Source: a virus
DNA: 64,000 bases
IMG/VR virus record: IMGVR_UViG_3300033146_000850
Span: 32,001 to 96,000 of that record
Direction: 5' to 3' (one strand)
Shown here: positions 1-9,496 of the stretch, one piece after another
Layout of the letters: every line of letters starts with the position of its first letter
How positions within the stretch are numbered: position 1 is the stretch's first letter
Notes under the pieces: generated by a model
What the model was told of the DNA's origin: nothing
Seen by the model: the letters and a program-made list of their open reading frames with translations, nothing else
The model's database searches: none
Translations under genes and position numbers: made by a program

Positions 1-1
1 G

Positions 2-1774
2 GCATTATTAGTTAGAGTTATTTTGGATGTTGGTGGAGGGTCAATGGAAGGAATAACTCCATTTGATGCTATAGAAGTTACATATTCAGACTTAACAACC
101 ATTATAGGTAATATGGCTTTAAAAATAGGAAATTATTATAAAATAACAGATTTTAGAACTGTAAATGATGCTGGATTAGGAATGGTTAATACCGCACAAA
201 TTGAAGAAATAATAGTTCAAGCTATTTCTGAAAACGTACTTGACCAACGAGCTTATTCAGCTGAGTTTATGTATGAGATTTTATATTATAATATTAATAA
301 TACTGGTGAATCTACCCACGGGGTCATTACATATAGAGAAAATTTAGAACAAAATATAAAAACAGTGTTTGACTTTCGAGGTTGTCAATTTGCTAGGGTG
401 AAATTAGACCCGTCAAGTCTTGTTAGTTGGAGTTCAGGGACAACATATACAACCTCTGATATTGTATTATATAATGATACATTGTGGAAGCCGATTCATA
501 ACACTGGAAACGTAACAACAGAGGCTCCAGGAACTAATAGATATTGGGTTAAATTATTTGAAGAGGTATCACATAATTATACTTTATTTGAAACTACAAG
601 TGGCTGGGCTAGTAGTTTAACTTTAGATGTTGGGAGTTATAAATTATTCCCAGTATTTGGGCAACCAAATATATCTGGGGAAACTTCGACTTTTAATATT
701 AATCAATTTACAAATATTACTTGTAATTCAAATAATGTTATATTTATGTCAACATCAGGGACACACGATAATATCACGGTGGAAAGATATTGTGATGGTT
801 TAACAATAGCCTCTAAGAATATTAGCAAGGCATATTTTGGGAGTGGGTCTAATAATACATCTACATCATATAGTGGATATATTTACAACGGTATTTTTAG
901 TGATGGGATTAAAAATAGCTCTATTGATAAGATAGATGGTGTTAATATTAGAAAAGCTAGAAATTCAGTATTAGGGTCAGTATTTTCATCTGACCTTGAT
1001 GATATAAATACCTGTTATCTACAAAATATAAATAGATGTCAGTTTGGAGCATTTACTAGACAATTTTATGGAGGGGATATCTCTAATACAATAGTAGGAA
1101 TTGAATCATATAACAATGAAGTTGTATATTCTAGCTACAATACATTTGGAATGCGTTTTGAAAATAATAAAATCGAGACTGTTGAATTTAGAAATAATGT
1201 TATGGGGAATTATTTTAGGAGATTTATAATTCCTGAAACGATATCCTTTTTTAGTAATACTTTTGGTAATGAGGTAGGACATCATAGTATTGATTTTATT
1301 GTTAATTCACACTGGTATAGAAATAAGTTTGGAGATATGTGTTTTAGTCATGGTGGTTCATCAATAGGTGGTATGTGCACATACGTAACGGTGGGAAGCA
1401 ATCTTTACAATTTAAATGTAGGTGGTGATTTCCAAAACTCTAGTTTTGGTTCTGGTTGTAGAGATATTAATGTTACAAATGGGATAAATGGTGTTAATAT
1501 TGGAAGTAGTTGTGGACTCTTCAATTTAGGTGGACATTTTAGTCGATGTAATATTGCAGATGGTTGTTTAAATATTACAGTGCCAAGTGGGGTAAATCTA
1601 AATATGGTTGATTTTGGTGTTGGGTCAACTAATATAGATTTCACAGGAGCAACATCATCTTCACACATTGCTCAAAGTTACAATAAAGAGATTATAACTA
1701 GGGTTGATACATCCAAAGTTCTAAGATATACCGATAACTTAAACACTTTAATTTATGATTCAATTATAGGATAA
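2..1774 (+). CDS. Fibre/virion structural protein with CBM5/12-like module and beta-helix-like repeats (5'-partial)
   Basis: The frame is open back to the window edge (ALLVRVILDVGGGS...), so the true start lies upstream. Contains a WSSGTTYTTSDIVLYNDTLWKP module and C-terminal N/G/F-rich repeats (NTFG, NKFG, SSFG, CNIA) typical of beta-solenoid fibres. Confidence 0.6.
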   Translation, partial: ALLVRVILDVGGGSMEGITPFDAIEVTYSDLTTIIGNMALKIGNYYKITDFRTVNDAGLGMVNTAQIEEIIVQAISENVLDQRAYSAEFMYEILYYNINNTGESTHGVITYRENLEQNIKTVFDFRGCQFARVKLDPSSLVSWSSGTTYTTSDIVLYNDTLWKPIHNTGNVTTEAPGTNRYWVKLFEEVSHNYTLFETTSGWASSLTLDVGSYKLFPVFGQPNISGETSTFNINQFTNITCNSNNVIFMSTSGTHDNITVERYCDGLTIASKNISKAYFGSGSNNTSTSYSGYIYNGIFSDGIKNSSIDKIDGVNIRKARNSVLGSVFSSDLDDINTCYLQNINRCQFGAFTRQFYGGDISNTIVGIESYNNEVVYSSYNTFGMRFENNKIETVEFRNNVMGNYFRRFIIPETISFFSNTFGNEVGHHSIDFIVNSHWYRNKFGDMCFSHGGSSIGGMCTYVTVGSNLYNLNVGGDFQNSSFGSGCRDINVTNGINGVNIGSSCGLFNLGGHFSRCNIADGCLNITVPSGVNLNMVDFGVGSTNIDFTGATSSSHIAQSYNKEIITRVDTSKVLRYTDNLNTLIYDSIIG

Positions 1775-1778
1775 TAAT

Positions 1779-2285
1779 ATGAAAATTAAAAATCAGATAA
1801 AACCATTACATAATTTACCACCGATACAATATCAAATATTACCTAGTATTATTAGTAGGGATTCAATACCTAATAGTGTTAGACATCTAGGTATGATTTG
1901 TTATGTAATCAGTGAAAATACAACTTATAGATTAGTTGGGGGGTTGACCAACTCTGATTGGGAGGAAGTTAAAACAGGTGGTGGAGGATATACTACTACA
2001 TTTGTTGATTCTGATTTGACAAGTGGATATATTGTATTTGAACATAATCTAAATGCGGAGAATAGTGTATGTAATGTTACTATTAGAAATAATATAAATA
2101 GACATATTATACCGGATGATATTATAGAGGTTGATTCTAACCATATAAGGGTTGATTTATCTATGATGCAACCCTTAATTGGTGAGTGGGCTGTTATAAT
2201 TAACTGTGTTGAATATGATGATATAGTAGTTAATAAAGAGCGATTAATAAATAGTTTTATAATAAATGATAATAATTTAGGTTAA
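1779..2285 (+). CDS. Small virion structural/fibre-associated protein
   Basis: RDSIPNSVRHLGMICYVISENTTYRLVGGLTNSDWEEV and HNLN-type motifs seen in phage fibre proteins; lies in the fibre cluster. Confidence 0.55.
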   Translation: MKIKNQIKPLHNLPPIQYQILPSIISRDSIPNSVRHLGMICYVISENTTYRLVGGLTNSDWEEVKTGGGGYTTTFVDSDLTSGYIVFEHNLNAENSVCNVTIRNNINRHIIPDDIIEVDSNHIRVDLSMMQPLIGEWAVIINCVEYDDIVVNKERLINSFIINDNNLG

Positions 2286-2297
2286 GGAGAATTTAAT

Positions 2298-3848
2298 ATG
2301 TCTATTGTTTTACAAAATAAATCAAAATCGAGGTTAGCTGTTGATATCAATAGTTCGGCAATGTCTTTGACCGTTGATAGTGGAACAGGTGATAATTTTG
2401 CAACTTGTGATTCGGAATCACATATGTGGATTACTATAATTGACCAGACAACATATGGTGGTGAGTCTGAAATACTAGAAATTGTAAAAGTTTCACCTAG
2501 AAGTGGAGACACTTTTACAATAGTTGAACGTGGTGCAGAGGGAACCACTGCTAGAGCCTTTGTTATTGGGGACATTGTAGAGCAAAGAATTACAGCACAA
2601 ACATTATTTGATTTGGGTGTATCAACAAATAAAAATCGAAAGTATGTAGATGAAATATATATTACTTTGAAACGACATGAGGAATTTTCAAATTCATTTG
2701 AAATGGAAAGATTTAATGATAAATATGCACCTCAACTAATTAGTAATTGGGATTCATATTGGGGTTCACGTTTAAAAGTTCAAGTTGAGGATATTACCAC
2801 ACACGTGATATATGATAATTTGAGTTTTGACACCACTGATGATATGTATAATTGGGGTTCGGCACATTGTACTCTTGATGCATTGTCTACATATAATGAG
2901 ACATTGATTGCTAGACCTTACGAGGTTATTGATTCATCTATTCCAACACCTAGTAAAATATATGGATTGAATAGATTTTATTCCTCCATCAAAGGTAGAA
3001 AAAATTATAATAATAATTTGATATGCACTGCTAATAATTCAAATCTGTTATCCGCTTGTACTACTATTTTTAATTCAGTATGGGGTACTAGTTTAACTGA
3101 TATGGATATGGATATTCATAGCATATGGTTAGGCAGACCTAAAAAAAATAAATATTCTAACCCACCATTTTTAAAAGATGGTCAATATGTTGTAAATTTT
3201 GATACGGCTAATGCCCCAACAAGACGTGAATATAATATTAATGATGGTGTTTTTTATGATAACTCGTTTGACCAATATAGTAATGTTAGTAGCACCGTTA
3301 GATATGCTTTTATTGAAACTGGTAATTATAATGTTAATATTACTGGGGTTGATGAATGGACTAGTATCAATTCTAGTATCAAGGATAGTGGTTCATCATA
3401 TATAATAGCTTGTGGTGTTCAAAATAATAATGCAAATGAACGAAAAGCAGTTGTGATTAAACCATTAGGAATAGACCAGGTTGTAATGATGATGCCAGAC
3501 TTTGAAATATATGATTTTGAGATTGTATTTTATAATAATGATATGCAAAATCATATATATGTAAAATCTTTTACCGATGATACAGATTTTATAGATACAT
3601 TTATTGATATTGACGGTGGTAAAATGTTAATGAATAGCTCCGAGTGGTTATCTGTAGATATTAATAGTCAGACTTATGTTTCACATAATTCTACTGGATA
3701 TAATGATTTACCTTGGTCAACTGTTAGGTTTAGGTTGAGGAATAAAATTACTAAAGAAATTTCAGAATTAAGTGAATCAGGTATAGTAACGGAGAAAAAA
3801 CATAACCTAAAACAATTACAAATGAAAATAAAATCTTTTAATTCCTAA
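2298..3848 (+). CDS. Fibre-like protein A: tail-fibre N-terminal module plus unknown ~400-aa domain (paralog of 8080-9483)
   Basis: RBS AAGGAG. The N-terminus (SLTVDSGTG...EIVKV..RSGDTFTIVERGAEGTTARAF...EQRITA) matches a common phage tail-fibre attachment module. The C-terminal domain shares KIYGxN..S.IKG, KP(L/V)GxD and FYNxD motifs with 8080-9483. Confidence 0.65.
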   Translation: MSIVLQNKSKSRLAVDINSSAMSLTVDSGTGDNFATCDSESHMWITIIDQTTYGGESEILEIVKVSPRSGDTFTIVERGAEGTTARAFVIGDIVEQRITAQTLFDLGVSTNKNRKYVDEIYITLKRHEEFSNSFEMERFNDKYAPQLISNWDSYWGSRLKVQVEDITTHVIYDNLSFDTTDDMYNWGSAHCTLDALSTYNETLIARPYEVIDSSIPTPSKIYGLNRFYSSIKGRKNYNNNLICTANNSNLLSACTTIFNSVWGTSLTDMDMDIHSIWLGRPKKNKYSNPPFLKDGQYVVNFDTANAPTRREYNINDGVFYDNSFDQYSNVSSTVRYAFIETGNYNVNITGVDEWTSINSSIKDSGSSYIIACGVQNNNANERKAVVIKPLGIDQVVMMMPDFEIYDFEIVFYNNDMQNHIYVKSFTDDTDFIDTFIDIDGGKMLMNSSEWLSVDINSQTYVSHNSTGYNDLPWSTVRFRLRNKITKEISELSESGIVTEKKHNLKQLQMKIKSFNS

Positions 3849-3856
3849 ATTAAAAT

Positions 3857-3864
3857 AATAAATA
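3857..3864 (+). promoter_or_regulatory. Putative T4-late-type promoter (AATAAATA) for the repeat RNA
   Basis: ATAAATA ends 4 nt before the closing stem that starts at 3869; the same motif precedes many structural genes. Chance matches are likely in such AT-rich DNA. Confidence 0.45.
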
Positions 3865-3868
3865 TAAT

Positions 3869-3999
3869 AAAATAATGAATGGGAATGTTTAAAATACCCT
3901 TGTTCAGTAAAGAGGTCCGATTAAAATCCCTTTGTTCAGTAAGGTGGTCCGTTTAAAATCCCCTTGTTCAGTAAGGTGTTATTTTCCATTCATTATTTT
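3869..3999 (+). ncRNA. Putative structured ncRNA 1: three 32-nt repeats closed by a long stem (three-way junction)
   Basis: Repeats start at 3889, 3921 and 3953 (TTAAAATMCCYTTGTTCAGTAARGWG...). A perfect 14-bp inverted repeat 3869-3882/3986-3999 encloses them. Inter-repeat helices show an A-U to G-C compensatory change, and G-U pairs favour the + strand. The 32-nt period is not codon-compatible. Confidence 0.7.
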
Positions 4000-4014
4000 T
4001 CTTTAAATATAAAT

Positions 4015-4022
4015 CATAAATA
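4015..4022 (+). promoter_or_regulatory. Putative late promoter CATAAATA for the 4054 gene
   Basis: T4 late-promoter-like octamer ~30 nt upstream of the ATG, downstream of the repeat element. Confidence 0.5.
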
Positions 4023-4053
4023 TAATTAAAAGATATAAAACTTAGAGGGTATT

Positions 4054-6603
4054 ATGGGTAAACATTCTAGTGTTGATATTTATAAAAGTAATAATTCATT
4101 TGCACCTGAATCCGATTTTATAAGGATTAAAGGTGGTAGAGATAATAAAATATATTTCATTTTGGATAATGGGGATGAATATTTCATAAGTAGTCCGTGG
4201 GAGTTACCTGTGATATCTCAAACGGTAATTGACCCGTCAACGATAACCCCTGTAATAAATGACAAATATATAATACCTATAAACGCAACAGGCGATTGGG
4301 TAGGTCAGGATTCAAATATTGCTAATTGGAATGGTACTGTTTGGGAATTTATCACACCCGAAAAAAGTTGGGTGACGTATATTCAAGATACTAATTTATT
4401 AGCTGGATTTGATGGTAATGAATGGAAATTAATGTCCGTTCCAACTGATGAGATGACATTAGAGGTTTTGAATGATGAGATTACAATATTAGGTATTGAT
4501 ACTATTATAAACAGTAACGGTGTGAGTTTAGACCCCTCACACACACCAATGTCAAACCCAGATGCCGAATTAGTGACAAGAGGTTTTGTTGATTCTATCT
4601 CTACATCTGTTGATTATGCAACTATTGATTTAATACCAGCATTACCTAAAATGGGTGTTTGTAATTCAGAGAGAGATTTATATCATGAGGCTTGGAACCC
4701 TAAAATATTCACTAATATGACTGGGGTTGGTATGCACGATGACCCATTAAACGGTGTTGTATATATTCCTAAAAATATGACTACTTTATTGTATTGCTAT
4801 ACCTCTCCACCATCTCCTGTGCCAGCGGTTGATAATACACCAATATTAGACCCTGGAACATATCGGTTATATTCAAATATAGATTTAGTTCCATATGGTT
4901 TGAATATGACCGAGAATGTGTTATATTCAGGAGCAAGAAGTATAAATTTCACATCTAGATTTGAACAAGGAAGATGGCTACACGAGGCAGTTGTACCGTG
5001 GTCTGATTTTAGACTAAGTAGAGTATTAGTTAATACAGGACATCCAATGTTCTTTTATCAATTAATTTTATACGATGGATACCCTGGGACAAATACTGAT
5101 ATAACTATTACTGGAATTGATAGGATAATTAATGCTGATAAATGGAGTGTTGATGGGTTTATAACTAAAGCTATTCCTGAAAATGCCAATAATGAACTTG
5201 CTACTAGAAAATATATCGACAATACTAAAAACAATCCTGACAATATAACATTAGAGGTTAATACTGATAATAATATAATATGTTCTAATGAAAATGATAT
5301 ACAACTTGTATTAAATGATGCTTATGGACACAATATAGCCACTCACGGGTATCATTGGGTAACAACTACACCTGGGGTACCTACTCTTACAAATGGCACC
5401 TTAGAACTAAATTTACCAGATGATGGAAGTGGATTTTGTCAAGCATATCAGGGACAGGTGTTTATTGGTGATTCTAATAATGCTGGTATAAACGAGGAAA
5501 CTTGGAATGCATATGTTCATACAAATATGGATGTTAGAATTGATGGTATAAATTTTTGGTTATATACTAATAATTATGAGTTGGAGGTTGATGAAGTAAT
5601 TGAACTTAGTGATGGTAGTTTTTTACTTAGGTCAATGGTTCCAAAAGGAGAGTATAAGGAAATACTTGGATGTTGGGCAAGAATTGAAAGTAGCACCGTT
5701 AATATTACTAATCAACCGTGGTATCGTTTTGTTGATTGTAACCACTACCCTCCAAAGCAAATTATAAAGGTTAAAGAAATTGACCTTATAATTGACGATG
5801 ACGATGAATCGATTGATGGTTCAGATACACCAATGTCAGATGCTCATCATGAGCTTGTCACTAGAGCAAAAGTCGAAAGTCTTGTAAATAATAATACACA
5901 CTGGAACAAATCTGGCACAGAATTAAATCCGTCTGATGCTTTAGTGGATGTAATAAATCTGGAAATGACCCAGAATGGGTATACACAGATAAAAATTCGT
6001 AATAATAATGACACTGGAAATGGAGCAGGAGCTTTATTGGAGCTGAAAGGTTCTGGAGCAGATTATACAAATAATGCTTACTTCGGAATTTATAGTCCAG
6101 CCTTCTGGCTTTCACAATTAGCTGGAAAAGCCGTATTAATGTCAGATAGAGATGTTGTAATTGGAACAGTTGACTCAACAGGAGATATTAACTTTCTTAT
6201 TGGAAATTCTTACAGCTCACCAGTTGTAGTTGGACATCTAAATCAAGACGGATTCCATTTAGATGCACTTCAAACAACATCTGTGCATCCAGCAAGCTAT
6301 TATAACCTTTTTGTTGATGCAAGTACTGGTTTAATATATGCCAGTAACACAGGAGCAACTGGTAATACTCCAGCCACGGAAACTTTCACAATAGATGCTA
6401 CTATTGTTACAAATGGATATATAGACCTTTCAAACGCACCTAATCCAGACAATCATAATAGTGTTAACTGGAATGGTACGATATTATTTGAAGGAGCTAC
6501 CGAAGATTATACAATTACAGGAAATAGAGTGACTTTTCATACTAGTAATGGTGGAGTAGAACTCATTACTGGAATGAAAATACAAATTAAATATAAATAT
6601 TAG
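4054..6603 (+). CDS. Fibre/decoration protein with DUF2793-like domain and three internal repeats
   Basis: DUF2793-like segment (DKYIIPINATGDWVGQDSNIANWNGTVWEFITP). Three IDxII...EL(V/A)TR repeats separate modules. C-terminal beta-rich domain (NG...DYTITGNRVTF...IKY). Confidence 0.6.
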   Translation: MGKHSSVDIYKSNNSFAPESDFIRIKGGRDNKIYFILDNGDEYFISSPWELPVISQTVIDPSTITPVINDKYIIPINATGDWVGQDSNIANWNGTVWEFITPEKSWVTYIQDTNLLAGFDGNEWKLMSVPTDEMTLEVLNDEITILGIDTIINSNGVSLDPSHTPMSNPDAELVTRGFVDSISTSVDYATIDLIPALPKMGVCNSERDLYHEAWNPKIFTNMTGVGMHDDPLNGVVYIPKNMTTLLYCYTSPPSPVPAVDNTPILDPGTYRLYSNIDLVPYGLNMTENVLYSGARSINFTSRFEQGRWLHEAVVPWSDFRLSRVLVNTGHPMFFYQLILYDGYPGTNTDITITGIDRIINADKWSVDGFITKAIPENANNELATRKYIDNTKNNPDNITLEVNTDNNIICSNENDIQLVLNDAYGHNIATHGYHWVTTTPGVPTLTNGTLELNLPDDGSGFCQAYQGQVFIGDSNNAGINEETWNAYVHTNMDVRIDGINFWLYTNNYELEVDEVIELSDGSFLLRSMVPKGEYKEILGCWARIESSTVNITNQPWYRFVDCNHYPPKQIIKVKEIDLIIDDDDESIDGSDTPMSDAHHELVTRAKVESLVNNNTHWNKSGTELNPSDALVDVINLEMTQNGYTQIKIRNNNDTGNGAGALLELKGSGADYTNNAYFGIYSPAFWLSQLAGKAVLMSDRDVVIGTVDSTGDINFLIGNSYSSPVVVGHLNQDGFHLDALQTTSVHPASYYNLFVDASTGLIYASNTGATGNTPATETFTIDATIVTNGYIDLSNAPNPDNHNSVNWNGTILFEGATEDYTITGNRVTFHTSNGGVELITGMKIQIKYKY

Positions 6604-6606
6604 AGG

Positions 6607-6840
6607 TTGTTAGTTATTATGATTATTGATACAGATGAGCGAGAAATTAAAATTAAAGATTTGAGTTTAGCAGCATTTATAAGGATGAAAAATAATATAC
6701 TTATAGATGTTAGGGATGGTTTTTTTATATTCCATTCTAAATTAACAGAGCGAGAGTGGAAAATAGAATTTTTAAAAAGTGAGAGTAGTAAGTTTGATAG
6801 GGAGGTTAGAGATTTAAGATGGTGTATAAAAAATAATTAA
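6607..6840 (+). CDS. Small hypothetical protein, DUF5659-like
   Basis: IKDLSLAAFIRMK...FFIF motif; true start probably the ATG at 6619. Confidence 0.45.
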   Translation: MLVIMIIDTDEREIKIKDLSLAAFIRMKNNILIDVRDGFFIFHSKLTEREWKIEFLKSESSKFDREVRDLRWCIKNN

Positions 6841-6851
6841 AGGAGGTCAAA

Positions 6852-8024
6852 ATGGCTTTATTAAGAGGTTCTTCACAAATTTTAGATTTAAGTATCCCGA
6901 TTGGTAAACTAGAATCTGATTTTTTAAATGGTGTAAATTGGGACATTACAGACGGAAACAACAATGCTACTATTACAGGGCTACAAGCAGGAACTAGTGC
7001 TAATGATGCTGTGAATTATCAACAGCTTATGGATTTAATTAACGGTCAGAGAGTCAGAGAAGTAAGAGTTTTCGCAACATCTAACGTTACTCTAAATGGT
7101 GCACACACGGAAGACGGCATAGCACTTAATACTGGAGACAGAATTGCGTGTTTTAATCAGACTACTTCTACCGAGGACGGTATTTATGTCGTTGACACAA
7201 CAGGAGCTTGGGCAAGAGCTACTAATTTTGATACTAATTTTGAAGCAAGAAGTTGTAAAATTCTTGTTTCAGAAGGAACTGCAAGGGAAAACACTCAATG
7301 GTTTATTACTAATGACAAAGGAAACGATGTTGTAGGAACAGCTGATTTAGTAGCTGTACAAACTGGTAGTTCAGGAATGATGACTGCTGATAATGGTTTA
7401 ACAATGACTGGAAGCAATATTCAGTTAGGTGGAGCATTAAATCAGAATACTACCATCACGACTGCGACTAATTCCTTTACTTTTTCTGGTACAGGGGTAG
7501 GCGGTACTTTTAATGTTCATGCAAATGATGCTGTAACCATTTGGGGAAACCAGGCTCAAATTATATTCAACAATCATTTAGATTTAGATGCCAATTTGAC
7601 TATCCGTTTTAATGACGATGAAATTAAATCATCATCAGTTCTGAGTGCAATTCCATTTTCAATGACAGCAACGACTGATTATGGTAATGGTAATGGTACA
7701 TCAGCAGGAGATGTTATTGACCAATTCAGAGCCGATTTTACAGATGATGCTATTGTTAATGCTTTAGTTGAGCTTAAAGCTATAGTTGATAATCCAGAAG
7801 TGATAATAGAGGAAAGTATTACTGTAGCCAACGGAACATCAATCACTCTTACAAATGGAACTACTACATCTGTAATTAAAGATGTATTTCTTAATGGTAA
7901 TAGACTTGTTCCAACAACCGAATTTACAGTCGGAGATAATGGAACATACAGAACAATCACAGAAGTAATCGCAAATCAGGATTTTACAGATGGCGATGTT
8001 GTTACAGTTAAGTATGTAGCTTAA
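6852..8024 (+). CDS. Fibre/head-decoration structural protein
   Basis: RBS AAGGAGG. DAVNYQQL followed by VRVFATSNVTLNG..DGIALNTGDRI...NQT...DGIYVV..GAWARATNFD, a widespread phage fibre domain. Confidence 0.65.
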   Translation: MALLRGSSQILDLSIPIGKLESDFLNGVNWDITDGNNNATITGLQAGTSANDAVNYQQLMDLINGQRVREVRVFATSNVTLNGAHTEDGIALNTGDRIACFNQTTSTEDGIYVVDTTGAWARATNFDTNFEARSCKILVSEGTARENTQWFITNDKGNDVVGTADLVAVQTGSSGMMTADNGLTMTGSNIQLGGALNQNTTITTATNSFTFSGTGVGGTFNVHANDAVTIWGNQAQIIFNNHLDLDANLTIRFNDDEIKSSSVLSAIPFSMTATTDYGNGNGTSAGDVIDQFRADFTDDAIVNALVELKAIVDNPEVIIEESITVANGTSITLTNGTTTSVIKDVFLNGNRLVPTTEFTVGDNGTYRTITEVIANQDFTDGDVVTVKYVA

Positions 8025-8038
8025 TGTTTAATAGGTTT

Positions 8039-8064
8039 AGCTCCTACCTAAAAGGAGCTTTTTT
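8039..8064 (+). terminator. Rho-independent terminator
   Basis: AGCTCCT-acctaaa-AGGAGCT followed by a T run, just after the 6852-8024 stop. Confidence 0.8.
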
Positions 8065-8079
8065 ATATAGGAGGATATA

Positions 8080-9483
8080 GTGGGACAAATAAGAAATTCA
8101 CAAATTATAAATAATGACCTAACAGGGGCTAGTATCAATAGAAACTTTAGGTTTTTTGATGAAAGAGAAATACCTATCAGTGCAGGTGAAATTAGATTTT
8201 GGCAAGGTGTGTTCTGGAGGGTTATATCAGATATAACTATAACTGAAACTGGAGGCTCAATTCCTAAAGAGGGTGATATGACATATTCCCCTGATTCTCA
8301 ACCTATTTATTGGCAAAAAATACCTAATTATGGGGTTGATAGGATTGTTTTTGAAAGTATGGATATACCTGGATATAATATAACAACTAACATCTTGAAT
8401 GGTGATTGTATTCAACCAATGGCTAGTAGAATGCATAATAATTGGGAAGTATATGGTGAAAATTTATTATTTGATGTTACTGATGAAGGTGGTAATTCGT
8501 GGTATGGTTTAACTTTTCCAACTATTACAGATTATATCACGTGGCATAATAGTCAAACATTTATATCTATGGTTCACGTTGAAATATATGGGTTGTTAAA
8601 TAGTAAAAAAAATAATTATCATAAGATTTATGGTAGAAATGAGGGTTTATCTATAATTAAGGGGTGTGATATTAACGGTAGAAGTAATTATCATAAAAAT
8701 ATATGTTTATTTCAATCGAATTGGGATGAAAGAAGCACATTTGCAATGGATATATTAAATAGATTAACAGGAACAACACCATCCAGTTCGACCGATGCCC
8801 AAAGATGCATACATTCACCAGGAAATCAATCAATTTATACATTATACCAAACACTAAACACACCTAATACTATACATTTTAATGGTGGATTAAATTCAAA
8901 TAAAAGATGTTATAATCCATCAACTTTAGGGTTTAACTCTATTAATTCGGGGGATGTTTTTCTACCAATGCTTGGTGGTAATGGATTTTATGCTATTACA
9001 CAAAATACAGGTGGGTGGTCATTTATAGGTGTTCAAAATCTTGTTGATAATAGATATATTGACAGTGTAAGTCTTGTTAAAGTATATGGATTTCAAAGAA
9101 ATGACGGTTGTGTTATTGCTATAGTTAAACCAGTAGGTCAAGATTCATGGAGAATATCTTGGAAAGAACCTGTAAATAATAAAAAAATAATAATAGGATT
9201 TTATAATAGGGATGATAAAATGATATTAAAAGATGTTACATCTTTAGTTGATTCGTTTTCCAATGGTGGAACATCATTTTTAATACCTAAAAGTGTATTG
9301 AGTGCTGGTAATAAATCATCAACTAATTATAATTTATCAAAAATGACCGTTAGGAATATGGAAATTTTTATATCTGATGGTGATGGATTTATTTCAAAAG
9401 TACCACATTCTATAGATTGGATATTGAAAGCAAATGGTGCAAAGGCATATTTATTACTCAATAATAATCATTCATATAATTAA
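8080..9483 (+). CDS. Fibre-like protein B: N-terminal docking/CBM-like module plus unknown ~380-aa domain (paralog of 2298-3848)
   Basis: RBS GGAGG and GTG start. N-terminus GQIRNSQI resembles ALLRGSSQI of 6852; CBM-like GEIRFWQGVFWRV...YWQKI. C-terminal motifs are collinear with 2298-3848. Confidence 0.6.
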   Translation: MGQIRNSQIINNDLTGASINRNFRFFDEREIPISAGEIRFWQGVFWRVISDITITETGGSIPKEGDMTYSPDSQPIYWQKIPNYGVDRIVFESMDIPGYNITTNILNGDCIQPMASRMHNNWEVYGENLLFDVTDEGGNSWYGLTFPTITDYITWHNSQTFISMVHVEIYGLLNSKKNNYHKIYGRNEGLSIIKGCDINGRSNYHKNICLFQSNWDERSTFAMDILNRLTGTTPSSSTDAQRCIHSPGNQSIYTLYQTLNTPNTIHFNGGLNSNKRCYNPSTLGFNSINSGDVFLPMLGGNGFYAITQNTGGWSFIGVQNLVDNRYIDSVSLVKVYGFQRNDGCVIAIVKPVGQDSWRISWKEPVNNKKIIIGFYNRDDKMILKDVTSLVDSFSNGGTSFLIPKSVLSAGNKSSTNYNLSKMTVRNMEIFISDGDGFISKVPHSIDWILKANGAKAYLLLNNNHSYN

Positions 9484-9486
9484 AAA

Positions 9487-9494
9487 CATAAATA
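9487..9494 (+). promoter_or_regulatory. Putative late promoter CATAAATA for repeat RNA 2
   Basis: Lies 3 nt after the stop of 8080-9483 and 6 nt before the first repeat. Confidence 0.5.
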
Positions 9495-9496
9495 AT

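Noticed and set aside
3889-3980. CRISPR mini-array interpretation of repeat element 1 (and element 2)
   Set aside because: The repeats are directly tandem with no unique spacers, and there are no cas genes in the window.
3869-3999. Simple intrinsic terminator for the 2298-3848 gene
   Set aside because: It is far larger and more elaborate than the real terminators here (8039, 58975), and a terminator would not explain three conserved repeats. It may still terminate transcription as a secondary role.
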